A DNA stretch of 64,000 nt from Alphaproteobacteria bacterium (lineage in GTDB: Bacteria; Pseudomonadota; Alphaproteobacteria; SMXQ01): positions 75,523 to 139,522 of the forward strand of contig JAYQQF010000004.1 of assembly GCA_038145705.1 (NCBI GenBank). Direction: 5' to 3'. Made by a program: the position numbers and the translations under genes. The stretch's first letter is position 1; each line of letters starts with the position of its first letter. Shown piece by piece: positions 27,795 through 40,365 of this stretch. Below the pieces are notes generated by a model. It was not told the DNA's origin. It searched no databases and saw only the letters and a list, made by a program, of their open reading frames with translations.

Positions 27795-28784
27795 TCAGAT
27801 CAGGACGGAGAAGTCGAGCCCGCCGGGGAACAGGTCCTCGGGCTTGGCGCGCACGCGGGTGATGCCCTGCTCGAAGGTGTACTGGCAGAACGCTTCCAGC
27901 GTCTTGCGGTTGGGCTCCAACCCGTAGGGGAAGAAATCCCCGCCGAATTTCTTCTTCATCTGCTCGGCATGATCGACCGCCCAGGGCAGGCAATAGCGCG
28001 ACACCGAAATTTCAAGGAACCTGTCCATGGCATTGTTCTTCGACTGCTCGAAGGCCATCAGCAGGTTACGCGCGATCCAGGGGTTGTCTTCAAGGATCGC
28101 CTTGCGCATGCAGACGATGTGCATGATCGGGAAGATGCCCGTCTCATCGAAATACTTTTCTTCCATCGCCCGGTAGTCGGGGAACAGGCGCTTCACGTCC
28201 GGGTGCTTGCGGGTAAAGACTTTCGGCTCGCGCGCGACCAGCGCCGCGTCGATTTCGCCGGACGCGAGCATTTCCGAAATCGACTTGTCGGTAATACGCG
28301 TCAGCTTCAGGCCCTTGGGCAGGTAAAGCTCGACCTTTTCCTCGCGGCCGGGCTGTTCGGTGCCGGCCTGAACCCAGTCGATGGAGGTCAGGTCCACGCC
28401 CGCGGAATGCTGCAACCAGCCGCGCGTGTAGACGGCCGCCGTCTGCGCCCATTCGGGAACCGCGACGCGCTTGCCCGCCAGATCCTTCGCCGTCTTGATG
28501 CCGGATTTGACATTGTAATAGAAGGACGAGAACCGGAACTGGCGCGACGTCCATACCGGCAGGCCGATGATGTCGGGGTTCTCCCGCGTCACCTGCGCGA
28601 TGAACTTGGCGAAGCTCAGCTCCGAGACGTCCCATTCGCGGTTGTAGGTGAAGCGCGAAAAGACCTCGTGGATTTCCATCGTCAGGAAGGTGGGATCGAT
28701 GCCTTCGGCCCGCACCTCGCCGATGCGGAAATCCCGCATGTGATCGTAGTCGGACATGGCGATGGTCAGCGGAACACGCTTCAT
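27795..28784 (-). CDS. NMT1/THI5-like domain protein, 4,5-dihydroxyphthalate decarboxylase-like
   Basis: N-terminal MKRVPLTIAMSDYDHMRDFRIGEVRAEGIDPTF resembles the cytoplasmic PBP-fold decarboxylase family. Lies 10 nt upstream of the amidohydrolase gene. Confidence 0.5.
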   Translation of the reverse strand: MKRVPLTIAMSDYDHMRDFRIGEVRAEGIDPTFLTMEIHEVFSRFTYNREWDVSELSFAKFIAQVTRENPDIIGLPVWTSRQFRFSSFYYNVKSGIKTAKDLAGKRVAVPEWAQTAAVYTRGWLQHSAGVDLTSIDWVQAGTEQPGREEKVELYLPKGLKLTRITDKSISEMLASGEIDAALVAREPKVFTRKHPDVKRLFPDYRAMEEKYFDETGIFPIMHIVCMRKAILEDNPWIARNLLMAFEQSKNNAMDRFLEISVSRYCLPWAVDHAEQMKKKFGGDFFPYGLEPNRKTLEAFCQYTFEQGITRVRAKPEDLFPGGLDFSVLI

Positions 28785-28871
28785 GAAAACCTCCCCTCAT
28801 GCCGCAGGCGCGGCTTGTTCTTCATCTGATTTTATAGACGGATCAATCGGTCTGCGCCACCGGCGAGAAAC

Positions 28872-29462
28872 TCACGGGATACGGTCGCGAATTATGGTGG
28901 CGGGTTCCTGCACGGGACCCAGAGGGTTGTCGGTGTCGATCAGACGATCGATGCGGGGCACCCCGGACCACAGCTTGTAGGTCACGGCACCGTCCTGAAG
29001 GACGAAGAGCGCTGAGAAACTCCACCCGGTTTCGTGGGTCTGCCGTCGGAAGTTGAAAAGATCGGCAAGGGCGCTGCCCTTGCGCTCGCGGTCGATCCGC
29101 TCGAGCGATACCTGATAACCAACACAACTCTCACGCGCGGCAAGGCAGCGCTGAAGGGCGGGATCGAGATCGCGCACGCCGACGCCGTCCGTCTTCAGGA
29201 ACTGGCGCATGACATCGAGATAATTCATCACCCGCATGTTGGCATTTTTGTAAGGATCGAATCCGAGCGACCGCAACTCTGCTTCCGTCGTCCTGCCCGG
29301 CTGCACCTGGTCGTAGACGGACTTGACCTCTTCGAAGGTACGCCATAGCGACCGCGTTACCGATTGCGATTTGGGCAAGGCGCTGCCGCCGCATCCGGCA
29401 AGGGCCGCCGCCACGAGAAAAAGGACAGGGTAACGAAGGGCGCGGCGGTGGAACGAAATCAT
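28872..29462 (-). CDS. hypothetical lipoprotein
   Basis: Signal peptide with lipobox LAGC at residue about 23. No recognisable family. Confidence 0.55.
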   Translation of the reverse strand: MISFHRRALRYPVLFLVAAALAGCGGSALPKSQSVTRSLWRTFEEVKSVYDQVQPGRTTEAELRSLGFDPYKNANMRVMNYLDVMRQFLKTDGVGVRDLDPALQRCLAARESCVGYQVSLERIDRERKGSALADLFNFRRQTHETGWSFSALFVLQDGAVTYKLWSGVPRIDRLIDTDNPLGPVQEPATIIRDRIP

Positions 29463-29601
29463 GTAAACCTTCGGCAGGCCTGTTGCCGGTCCACGGTAGC
29501 GCCGGGATCAGTCGCGAGGCAACCCGATACTGAAGCCCGTCCGCGATTGCCTCGCCCCGCCGCGGACGCCTATCATGGCCGAAAAATCCGGGAGGCAGTG
29601 C

Positions 29602-31230
29602 ATGGCCGCGTGGCCGGAGGCAATAGAAGAAAACTTTCCGGTCCTGATCGTGGGCGGCGGCCCGGTCGGCCTCGCCATGGCGGTGGAACTGGGCTGGCGG
29701 GGTATCCGCTGCCTGCTGGTCGATCAGGGTGACGGCACCGTCGATCATCCCAAGACCAACGGCGTCAACATGCGCACCATGGAGTTCTGCCGGCGCTGGG
29801 GCATCAGTGATGCGGTGCGCGAACAGGGCTACCCGCGCGACCGGCCCCATGACCACATTTATTTCACGACCCTGGCAGGACATCTGATCTACCGGCATTC
29901 GCAGCCGCCGCTGGAAGAAATTTCACCGCCTCCGGGTGCGCTGGAGCCCTTCCAGCGCTGTCCGCAGACCGTTTTCGATCCGCTGCTTCTGGCGCGCGCA
30001 CGGTCCTTTCCTTCCGTTACGTTGCGCCACCGCACCCGGTGCGAAAGCGTCAGCCAAGGCAGCGAAGGCGTTGATGCGCGGATCGTCGATCTTGCGGAGG
30101 GCAAGGCTACGATGGTGCGGGCGCGGTTTGTCGTCGCCTGCGAAGGCGCGCGCAGCCCGATCCGCGACCAGCTCGGCATCAGGCTGCACGGTACGCCGGT
30201 CCTCGCCTATTCCACCAACGTCCTGTTCCGTTCGTCCGAGTTCGCGACGTTTCACAACAAGGGCGAAGGCCGAAGCTATATCGCCATCGGTCCGGACGGC
30301 CGCTGGGCATCGGTAAACGCCATCAACGGACATGACCTGTGGCGCTTTCAGGTCCGCGGATCGCTCGATCCCGAAAGCTGGGGCAAAGTCGACATAGATG
30401 CCGATCTTCTGCGCTTCGCGGGAAAGCCGTTCAAATATGAGGTTTTGTCCGTTCTCGAATGGGTGCGCCGGCAACTCATCGCCGACAGCTACCAGTCGGG
30501 GCGTATCTTTCTTGCCGGTGACGCGGTGCACCAGCTCACCCCTTCGGGCAGCTTCGGCATGAACACCGGCATCGGCGATGTCACCAACCTGTCATGGAAG
30601 ATCGAGGCGGCGCTCGAGGGATGGGCGGGCCCGAACCTGTTGGCAAGCTACACTGCCGAACGTCTGCCCGTGGGCCAGCGCAACGTTGACGAGGCCGCCG
30701 CGCGTTTTCACCTCGGCGACATGAAACGCCTGCCGGACCCCGCCATCATGGACGACGGGCCGCAGGGCGATGCCATCCGCGCCCGCATGGCCGAACGCAT
30801 CCGGAAGGAAATGCAGCAACCGCCGTCATTCGGCTTGCAGGTGGGATATCGATACGATGGTTCGCCGATCCTGTGCGACGACGGCACGCCGGCACCGCCG
30901 GTCGATAGCGAAGCCTATCATCCGACCACCCGCCCCGGCGCACGGGCGCCCGACGCCCGGCTGGCGGATGGCCGCCGCATGATCGACCTGTTCGGACGCG
31001 GCTTCGTGCTCCTGCGGATCGGCGGCAGGGCGCCGGACGGAGGTCGTCTCATGGAGGCCGCCGCGAAGCAGGGAGTTCCTGTGTCGATCATTGCCGTCGA
31101 CGATCCTGCGGCCGCCGCACTGTACGAATATCCACTTATTCTTGTCCGGCCCGATGGTCACGTTGCCTGGCGCGGGAAAGCCGACCCTTCCGATCCCGCG
31201 GCAGTCATCAATAGAGTCCGCGGACTATGA
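29602..31230 (+). CDS. FAD-dependent aromatic-ring hydroxylase (PheA/TfdB-type flavoprotein monooxygenase)
   Basis: FPVLIVGGGPVGLAMAVEL (GxGxxG), GRIFLAGDAVH, and the C-terminal thioredoxin-like domain typical of the phenol-hydroxylase class. Second ATG chosen because a GGGAGG ribosome-binding site sits 6 nt upstream. Confidence 0.8.
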   Translation: MAAWPEAIEENFPVLIVGGGPVGLAMAVELGWRGIRCLLVDQGDGTVDHPKTNGVNMRTMEFCRRWGISDAVREQGYPRDRPHDHIYFTTLAGHLIYRHSQPPLEEISPPPGALEPFQRCPQTVFDPLLLARARSFPSVTLRHRTRCESVSQGSEGVDARIVDLAEGKATMVRARFVVACEGARSPIRDQLGIRLHGTPVLAYSTNVLFRSSEFATFHNKGEGRSYIAIGPDGRWASVNAINGHDLWRFQVRGSLDPESWGKVDIDADLLRFAGKPFKYEVLSVLEWVRRQLIADSYQSGRIFLAGDAVHQLTPSGSFGMNTGIGDVTNLSWKIEAALEGWAGPNLLASYTAERLPVGQRNVDEAAARFHLGDMKRLPDPAIMDDGPQGDAIRARMAERIRKEMQQPPSFGLQVGYRYDGSPILCDDGTPAPPVDSEAYHPTTRPGARAPDARLADGRRMIDLFGRGFVLLRIGGRAPDGGRLMEAAAKQGVPVSIIAVDDPAAAALYEYPLILVRPDGHVAWRGKADPSDPAAVINRVRGL

Positions 31231-31350
31231 ATATTCTTGTATGGATTTTGCAACGTCCCATAGCTTGATAAGTGTTATTAACTAGGCTTTTATATTTATT
31301 TGTGATTTATTTTTCGTTCATTTATTCGACGGATCATAAAACGTTATTCA
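31231..31350 (+). promoter_or_regulatory. strongly AT-rich putative promoter/regulatory region upstream of sensor kinase
   Basis: About 120 bp at about 25% GC (ttttatatttatttgtgatttatttttcgttcatttattc) in a 65% GC background. Confidence 0.4.
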
Positions 31351-34596
<3,246 letters not shown>

Positions 34597-34600
34597 CAGG

Positions 34601-35485
34601 TCAGGCCAGTTTCATCTGGCGCAGAATGGCCTTGATGATCGGGCTGTCCGGGTCGCCGAACTCGGCGCCCATGTCGAAGTGGTTTTTCCCTTCCACCACG
34701 AGAAACTCGCAGTCCTGCCCGGCGGCGCGCCAGGCATCAACGAAGGCATGATTCTGACGCTGGAATTCCGGCAACTCGCCGCTGCCGACACCGATGACGA
34801 GCGGAATGCGAGTCGCCGGAATCTGGTGAATGGCGCTGAGTGCCTGCGCCCGCTCCTCATCGAGATGCAGGTATGTGTTGCGCCATGAATGACGCACCGG
34901 CTCGAGGTCATACATGCCCGATACCGGGGCGGCACCCTTGATGATGTCGGCCGGCAACCCGTAAACGCCGACCCAGTCGGTGACCACCATCATGCCGGTG
35001 ACATGGCCGCCCGACGAATGGCCCGAAATGAAGATGCGTTCGGGATCGCCGCCAAAACTCGCCGCGTTACGGTAGGTCCAGGCGATCGCGGCACGGCACT
35101 GGCGCACCTGCTCCTCGATCATCACATCGGGAACCGAGGCAAAATTGACGGCGATGAAATTGGCGCCGGCGGCATGGAACACCGGGGCGGGATAGCTGAC
35201 CTCGGACTTGTTGCCCGACTTCCATGCGCCGCCATGGATGAAGATCTGGATCGGCGCGCCCTTTTGCGCCGCCGGGAAAATATCGAGCTTTTCCTTCAGC
35301 GTGGGTCCATAGGGAACATCGAGGATGCATTTCAGCGTCGCCCGTGCCTTCTCGCTTTCGCGAACCTTGCGTTCCTTGTAGGGGCCGTTGTCGGGCACAA
35401 GGCTGTTCTGGTTGTAGTTGTCGTCGAGTTCCTGCTGGCTCAACTCGCGCCAATCGCGGAAGGCCGTCTTCGGTTGATCAAGCAT
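34601..35485 (-). CDS. alpha/beta hydrolase fold-3 esterase/lipase
   Basis: IFIHGGAW (HGG) and FISGHSSGGH (GxSxG). Confidence 0.75.
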   Translation of the reverse strand: MLDQPKTAFRDWRELSQQELDDNYNQNSLVPDNGPYKERKVRESEKARATLKCILDVPYGPTLKEKLDIFPAAQKGAPIQIFIHGGAWKSGNKSEVSYPAPVFHAAGANFIAVNFASVPDVMIEEQVRQCRAAIAWTYRNAASFGGDPERIFISGHSSGGHVTGMMVVTDWVGVYGLPADIIKGAAPVSGMYDLEPVRHSWRNTYLHLDEERAQALSAIHQIPATRIPLVIGVGSGELPEFQRQNHAFVDAWRAAGQDCEFLVVEGKNHFDMGAEFGDPDSPIIKAILRQMKLA

Positions 35486-35504
35486 GCGTGTTCCCCTTCG
35501 ACGC

Positions 35505-36464
35505 TCAGTGGAGTTTCGGCGTCTTATAATTGCTCAGGCGGTCGACCGAACGGATATTGATCGTTCGCTCCTCGCCGTTGCGAAAAATGGCGAGTTCGAT
35601 GGTGACGCCCGCCTCGCCCACCGCCCATATCTTGCGGAAAAGGCCGCCGAGGCTCTGCACCCTTTCGCCACCGACGCCCAGAACGACGTCGCCGACGCTG
35701 ACGCCCGCCTTCGCTGCGGGGCCGTTGTCGGTCAGGCCGATGACGACGAGATTTTCGCCGAACTCCGCCGCCTGCATCCCGATCCATGGGCGCGGCGGCG
35801 CCTGCGTCTGCCCGTAGCGCACGAGATCGTCGATGATCGGCGGCAGCAGATCGATCGGGATCATCATGTTGACGTCGAGCGCCGTGCGGTTCTGCGTCGC
35901 CTGCTGCATAAACAGCGACCCGATTCCGACCAGACCGCCATTGCCGTCGATCAGGCCGGTGCCCGCCCAGTGCGGGTGCGGCGGCGTGGTGTAGATCGCC
36001 TCGTCGAGAAGATATTCCCAATAGCCGGCGAATTCCTGGCGGGCGACGACGCGGGCATCGACAGCGGCATCGAGGCCGCCGACACCCCCGACGACAACCC
36101 TGTCGCCCGCTTTGACCGCCGAAGACCGTCCGATCCGGAACGGCGGCACGCCGAGCGGCTGCAAGGCCTGAACAAGGGCGAAACCGGTCTCATGGTCACG
36201 GCCGACCACGTGGGCGTCGCTGACCTGGCCGTCGCCGGTCACCAGCCAGACCTGCTCCGCCTCGGTCACCAGATAACCGACCGTCGCCACCAGCCCATCC
36301 GGGGAAATCACGCAGCCGTTGCCGGCACGCTCGGTCCCGAGCCGCTCGGCGCTGTGGGCATCGGCAGGCACGCTCGCTCGCAGGCCGACGACGCCACGCA
36401 GCGTTTCTTCCAGATCGAACCCGTAGTTGCCGGGGTCCGGCCGGCTGGCGTCGTCCTGGCTCAT
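35505..36464 (-). CDS. trypsin-like serine protease with C-terminal PDZ domain (S1C/DegP-like)
   Basis: GNGCVISPDGLVATVGY, HVVGRDHETGFALV and GTGLIDGNGGLVGI form the catalytic triad context. PDZ-like C-terminus GLTDNGPAAKAGVSVGDVVLGVGGERV. Internal Met start MSQDDAS. Confidence 0.7.
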   Translation of the reverse strand: MSQDDASRPDPGNYGFDLEETLRGVVGLRASVPADAHSAERLGTERAGNGCVISPDGLVATVGYLVTEAEQVWLVTGDGQVSDAHVVGRDHETGFALVQALQPLGVPPFRIGRSSAVKAGDRVVVGGVGGLDAAVDARVVARQEFAGYWEYLLDEAIYTTPPHPHWAGTGLIDGNGGLVGIGSLFMQQATQNRTALDVNMMIPIDLLPPIIDDLVRYGQTQAPPRPWIGMQAAEFGENLVVIGLTDNGPAAKAGVSVGDVVLGVGGERVQSLGGLFRKIWAVGEAGVTIELAIFRNGEERTINIRSVDRLSNYKTPKLH

Positions 36465-36646
36465 GGTCCGTCGCACCTGCCCTGTTCTGAATGTTTGATA
36501 CAGGATAGGCCAAGCCGGGGGCCGGGCAAAGGCCCGCCCGCGGCAGGACTGCAAAATCCAGTTGCGCGATGCCGGGCGACGGCAGCAAACTCCCGCCAAA
36601 ACAGGGCCCCAAGACCCCGGATCAACTCTTCCCAGACGAGGCAATC

Positions 36647-37657
36647 ATGATTTCCCTCCGTATCCTCGGCGCCGCAGCGGCGGCGTCCGTCTTCTTCTGT
36701 GCGGCACAGGGCGCTGCCCTCGCCCAGGACTTCAAGGGCAAGACCGTCAGGGTCATCGTCGGGTTCTCCCCAGGCGGCGGCTACGACGCCTATGGCCGCC
36801 TGATCGCGCGCCACATCGGCAAGCAGATCGACGGCAAGCCCACGGTCATCGTGCAGAACATGCCCGGTGCGGGTTCGATGACGGCGATCCGCTATCTCGA
36901 CGCGGGCGGGCCCAAGGACGGCACCGCCATGACGATCTTCAATCCGGGCCTGATCACCCAGTCGCTCACGGACCCGAAGAAGGCGCCGATCGACTTCACC
37001 AAGCTGCGCTTCATAGGCTCGGCCTCGTCCGATATCCGGCTCTGCTACGCCTGGGGCGCGACCGGCATCAAGTCGATGGACGATTTCCTCAAGCGTCCGC
37101 AGATCATCATGGGCGGCACCACGTCCGGCTCTTCGGCCTACGTGAACGGCGCGCTGCTGCGCAACATGTTCGGCGCCAAAATCAAGCACGTGCTGGGCTA
37201 TCCCGGCTCGGCCGAAATGCGCATCGCAATCGAGCGCGGCGAACTTGAAGCCGACTGCGGCGCATGGGGTTCGACGCCCCAGTCCTGGATCAAGGACAAA
37301 AAGATCAACATGCTGGTGCGCTTCTCCAAGGCCTCCGCGCCCGACATGCCGCAGATGCCCTACATCATGGATTTCGCCAAAGGAGCTGAACAGCGCCAGA
37401 TCCTGAACGTCATCCTGGCGCCGAGCGAGATCGGCCGGCCCTTCGTCCAGTCAGCGAAGGTCCCCGCGCAGGCGCTCTCCACCCTGCGCAAGGCGTTTGT
37501 CGCCACGGTCAAGGACAAGGCATTCATGGCCGAAGCCGACAAGGGCAACCGCGAAATCATCGGCCCGATGAGCGGCGAGGAAGCCGAAGCGGCCGTTCGC
37601 GAGATTTATGCCACCCCCAAGGCGGTCATCGCCAAGGTGGGCGGCATGATCAAATAA
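36647..37657 (+). CDS. TctC/Bug-like periplasmic solute-binding protein paralogue
   Basis: Signal peptide followed by DFKGKTVRVIVGFSPGGGYDAYGRLIARHIG. About 336 aa, no C-terminal extension. Confidence 0.55.
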   Translation: MISLRILGAAAAASVFFCAAQGAALAQDFKGKTVRVIVGFSPGGGYDAYGRLIARHIGKQIDGKPTVIVQNMPGAGSMTAIRYLDAGGPKDGTAMTIFNPGLITQSLTDPKKAPIDFTKLRFIGSASSDIRLCYAWGATGIKSMDDFLKRPQIIMGGTTSGSSAYVNGALLRNMFGAKIKHVLGYPGSAEMRIAIERGELEADCGAWGSTPQSWIKDKKINMLVRFSKASAPDMPQMPYIMDFAKGAEQRQILNVILAPSEIGRPFVQSAKVPAQALSTLRKAFVATVKDKAFMAEADKGNREIIGPMSGEEAEAAVREIYATPKAVIAKVGGMIK

Positions 37658-37676
37658 GGCCGCCATTCTCAGGCTA

Positions 37677-37709
37677 AAACCCCGCCGGGTCCGACCGGCG
37701 GGGTTTTTT
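37677..37709 (+). terminator. rho-independent terminator
   Basis: aaaaccccgccgg-gtccga-ccggcgggg followed by tttttt. Confidence 0.7.
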
Positions 37710-37812
37710 ATTGCCGGAAACAGGGGCTTTTTGCCGCCTGCCTTGCGATTGACCGGGCTTTTCCCTAGGCTAGCTGACAAGCAAAAACGGCCACCGCCGC
37801 AGGAGGAATGCC

Positions 37813-38337
37813 ATGGGTTACACCCTCGATCAGTTCTGCAAGGACATGCACGACACCCTCGCCAAGGGCGTCAACGACGCATCGCGGGAAGCGGTCGCCG
37901 AAAAGCTCAAGGCGCTCGTTTCCAACCCCGATTTCGTGAAGGCCACCTTCAAGGACGACACGCCCCCGGGCAAGGAAGTCCTGTTCCACGACAAGGACCT
38001 CGACGTTTACGTCCTCGCCCACGTGCAACGGGAAGGCAAGGGCGGCAACCCGCACAGCCACGGCGATTCCTGGGCGATCTATTCGAACTGCGCCGGCATC
38101 ACCCAGATGACCGAATGGCGCCGCACCAATCCCGAATCGGCCGACCACGCGGAACTCGTCGTCGACAAGAAGTACGACATCGGCCCCGGCCAGACGCGCG
38201 CCTACGGCCCCGGCATGATCCATTCGACGGCGCATCCGGGCAAGGCCTGGGTTGTTCGCATCACCGGCGGCGATCTCGACAATGTGCCGCGGTTCCGCTT
38301 CGACCCGCGCAAGGACAAGATTCTCGAAAACGCCTGA
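37813..38337 (+). CDS. cupin-domain protein, cysteine/thiol dioxygenase-like
   Basis: 174 aa with a cupin metal site HVQREGKGGNPHSHGDSWAIY. GGAGGA ribosome-binding site. Assignment to the CDO subgroup is tentative. Confidence 0.55.
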   Translation: MGYTLDQFCKDMHDTLAKGVNDASREAVAEKLKALVSNPDFVKATFKDDTPPGKEVLFHDKDLDVYVLAHVQREGKGGNPHSHGDSWAIYSNCAGITQMTEWRRTNPESADHAELVVDKKYDIGPGQTRAYGPGMIHSTAHPGKAWVVRITGGDLDNVPRFRFDPRKDKILENA

Positions 38338-38357
38338 GCACATCAGGCCGTCAGACG

Positions 38358-38389
38358 AAAACGCCGGGAAGTTCCCGGCGTTTTTCTTT
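38358..38389. terminator. bidirectional intrinsic terminator between convergent genes
   Basis: aaacgccggga-agtt-cccggcgttt flanked by A-run and T-run on both sides. Confidence 0.65.
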
Positions 38390-39469
38390 TCAGGCAGCGG
38401 CTTCTTCCGCGACTTCCGGATCGATCACCACCTGGTGGCGGGTGCCCGGCACGTAAATTCCCTGAAAGTGCTCGCGCAAAACCGAAGGCATGGTCCAGTC
38501 CGAATCGTCACGCACCCACAGGCGATAGAGATGACGGCGGCGCTCCGCCTCGGGCCAGTCGGTGAAGGCGCGGCGCGAGTGCAGCATGACATGGTTGTTC
38601 AGGATCTGAATGTCGCCCCGGGCAAAGGGAATGTCGGCGGCGCAGGCCTCGACGGTCGCGACATAGAGCTTCATCGCCTCTTCCTGCGCCGGCGTGAACG
38701 GCGGCACGCCGGGCAGGCCCTGGGCCTTGCGGATATAGGCGGAAACCCCGCGTGCCGAGAAATAACCGTCGCGGAAGGAAAATACCGGCTGGCGGTACCA
38801 CGGATCGGCCCCTTCGGGCACCTCACCGTGACGGGTGAAATAGAAATCCTGTTCTAGTTCGGCAACCAGATCGGGCCGCGCCGCAAGCATCCGGTTGTAG
38901 AGCGTGACCGCACTGGCAACGCGGCTTTCGCCGCCCGCCTTCGACACCTGCATGCACAGAAGCCCGACATAGTCGCAGTGATCGCAGTGAAAGCCGAGCG
39001 CGGCACTGGACTGGTAGCCGCGAAAACGCGGGTCGTCATAGCTCTTGCCGAAGTCGCGAACATGGCCGAGCAAGTGCCCGAAGGCATTCTGCGATACCGG
39101 GCGGCCGAGATGGGCGCCGAGGCCAAGGAAGGCGCGCGCGGCGCGCTCGCGTCCCATCTCCGCGACGGGAAGACCGCGCAGGACAACGACGCCCCTTCCC
39201 TGCTGAAGTTCGTTCCGAATATCGGCAATCGTTTCGGCGAACCGTGGCAGGGGAAAATTGTCGCGGGCGATTTGGGCCGGCGGAAGCCCTGCCGACATGG
39301 TCGCCTCGACCGCAGCGGATATTTCGGCGACGTCTGTGGGCGTGAGGAGGTATATCCAGTCATCCGCCGCGACCAGTTCGTCGGGCTCCCATCCCGCCGG
39401 ATGGACGATGGGCTTGCCCGGCAGTGCGGGCAGGCGGCGCGCCGTGCGCCATGTTCCGAATGTGCTCAT
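38390..39469 (-). CDS. TauD/TfdA-family dioxygenase-like protein
   Basis: About 359 aa with ALGFHCDHCDYVGLLC and C-terminal HVMLHSRRAFTDW. Third TauD-family member in the window. Confidence 0.7.
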   Translation of the reverse strand: MSTFGTWRTARRLPALPGKPIVHPAGWEPDELVAADDWIYLLTPTDVAEISAAVEATMSAGLPPAQIARDNFPLPRFAETIADIRNELQQGRGVVVLRGLPVAEMGRERAARAFLGLGAHLGRPVSQNAFGHLLGHVRDFGKSYDDPRFRGYQSSAALGFHCDHCDYVGLLCMQVSKAGGESRVASAVTLYNRMLAARPDLVAELEQDFYFTRHGEVPEGADPWYRQPVFSFRDGYFSARGVSAYIRKAQGLPGVPPFTPAQEEAMKLYVATVEACAADIPFARGDIQILNNHVMLHSRRAFTDWPEAERRRHLYRLWVRDDSDWTMPSVLREHFQGIYVPGTRHQVVIDPEVAEEAAA

Positions 39470-39520
39470 GGGCGAAGTCTAGAACGTTCCCGCCCCCGCG
39501 CCAATTGCCGTCGCAGACAA

Positions 39521-40225
39521 TCAGGCCAGATAGGCGCGCCACTCGTCGGCAAAGGGGACGTTCTCGTAACCCGCCATTGTCGGAATACCGCGGGTCATAT
39601 GCACGATCTTGGGGTCGATATCGGGCGAAGACCAGCCTTCCAGCCAGTTCCAGGTTTCGGGCACGCCGCCGATCAGGTCGTCGGCAAGCCAACCGAAGGC
39701 ATGCAGGTGACCGCCGCGCGAATGATTGACGACATGGGGCGTCAACGCCGCGTTGCCGGGATGCCCGCAATTGTAGAGGATCATCGAAGACCAGTTCTTG
39801 CGGAAATAAAGCGTCTGCGCCTGCTGGTCCATCTTGACCGTTTCCTTGGGCCGGTGGTCGTGCTTGACGCACATGACCGCGTAACGGTCGTCGGCCAGGG
39901 CGAAAAGCTCTTTTACATCGGCCCTGAACAGGAAGTCCGAATCGCAGTAAAGCGCCCAGCCCTTGTAATCCTGAAGCGCCGGCACTAGAAAACGCGTGAA
40001 CGAAAAATCCGTCGAAAACGGCTTGCCGTCGCGATCATCAATGCGCTGACTGCCTTCCGTCCGGTAAGGACGATCATAAAAACCGCGCTCGCGCAGTTCG
40101 ATTTCGCGCAGCTCATGTACGTCAAGCGCGATGCTGGAGGTCTTGAGCAGAGAGCGGCGCGCGACTGCCGTCGCTTCCGGCTCGCGCCGGTCGAAACCGA
40201 TATAAACGGCTGGGGTGGGAATCAT
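39521..40225 (-). CDS. putative glycosyltransferase-like protein (nucleotide-diphospho-sugar transferase fold?)
   Basis: YCDSDFLF is DxD-like. About 234 aa. Weak assignment. Confidence 0.4.
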   Translation of the reverse strand: MIPTPAVYIGFDRREPEATAVARRSLLKTSSIALDVHELREIELRERGFYDRPYRTEGSQRIDDRDGKPFSTDFSFTRFLVPALQDYKGWALYCDSDFLFRADVKELFALADDRYAVMCVKHDHRPKETVKMDQQAQTLYFRKNWSSMILYNCGHPGNAALTPHVVNHSRGGHLHAFGWLADDLIGGVPETWNWLEGWSSPDIDPKIVHMTRGIPTMAGYENVPFADEWRAYLA

Positions 40226-40365
40226 CACTTCACTCGCAATACCGCAAAACTCTCTCGTCTTGTGCCATGGCGGGCGCACGGATGCAACCGGTGCACCCTC
40301 GCGCCCCTTGCCAGCGCCCCATGGGCAAAGAGATACTTGAGGAAAATCGTAGGACAGGAAACCCC

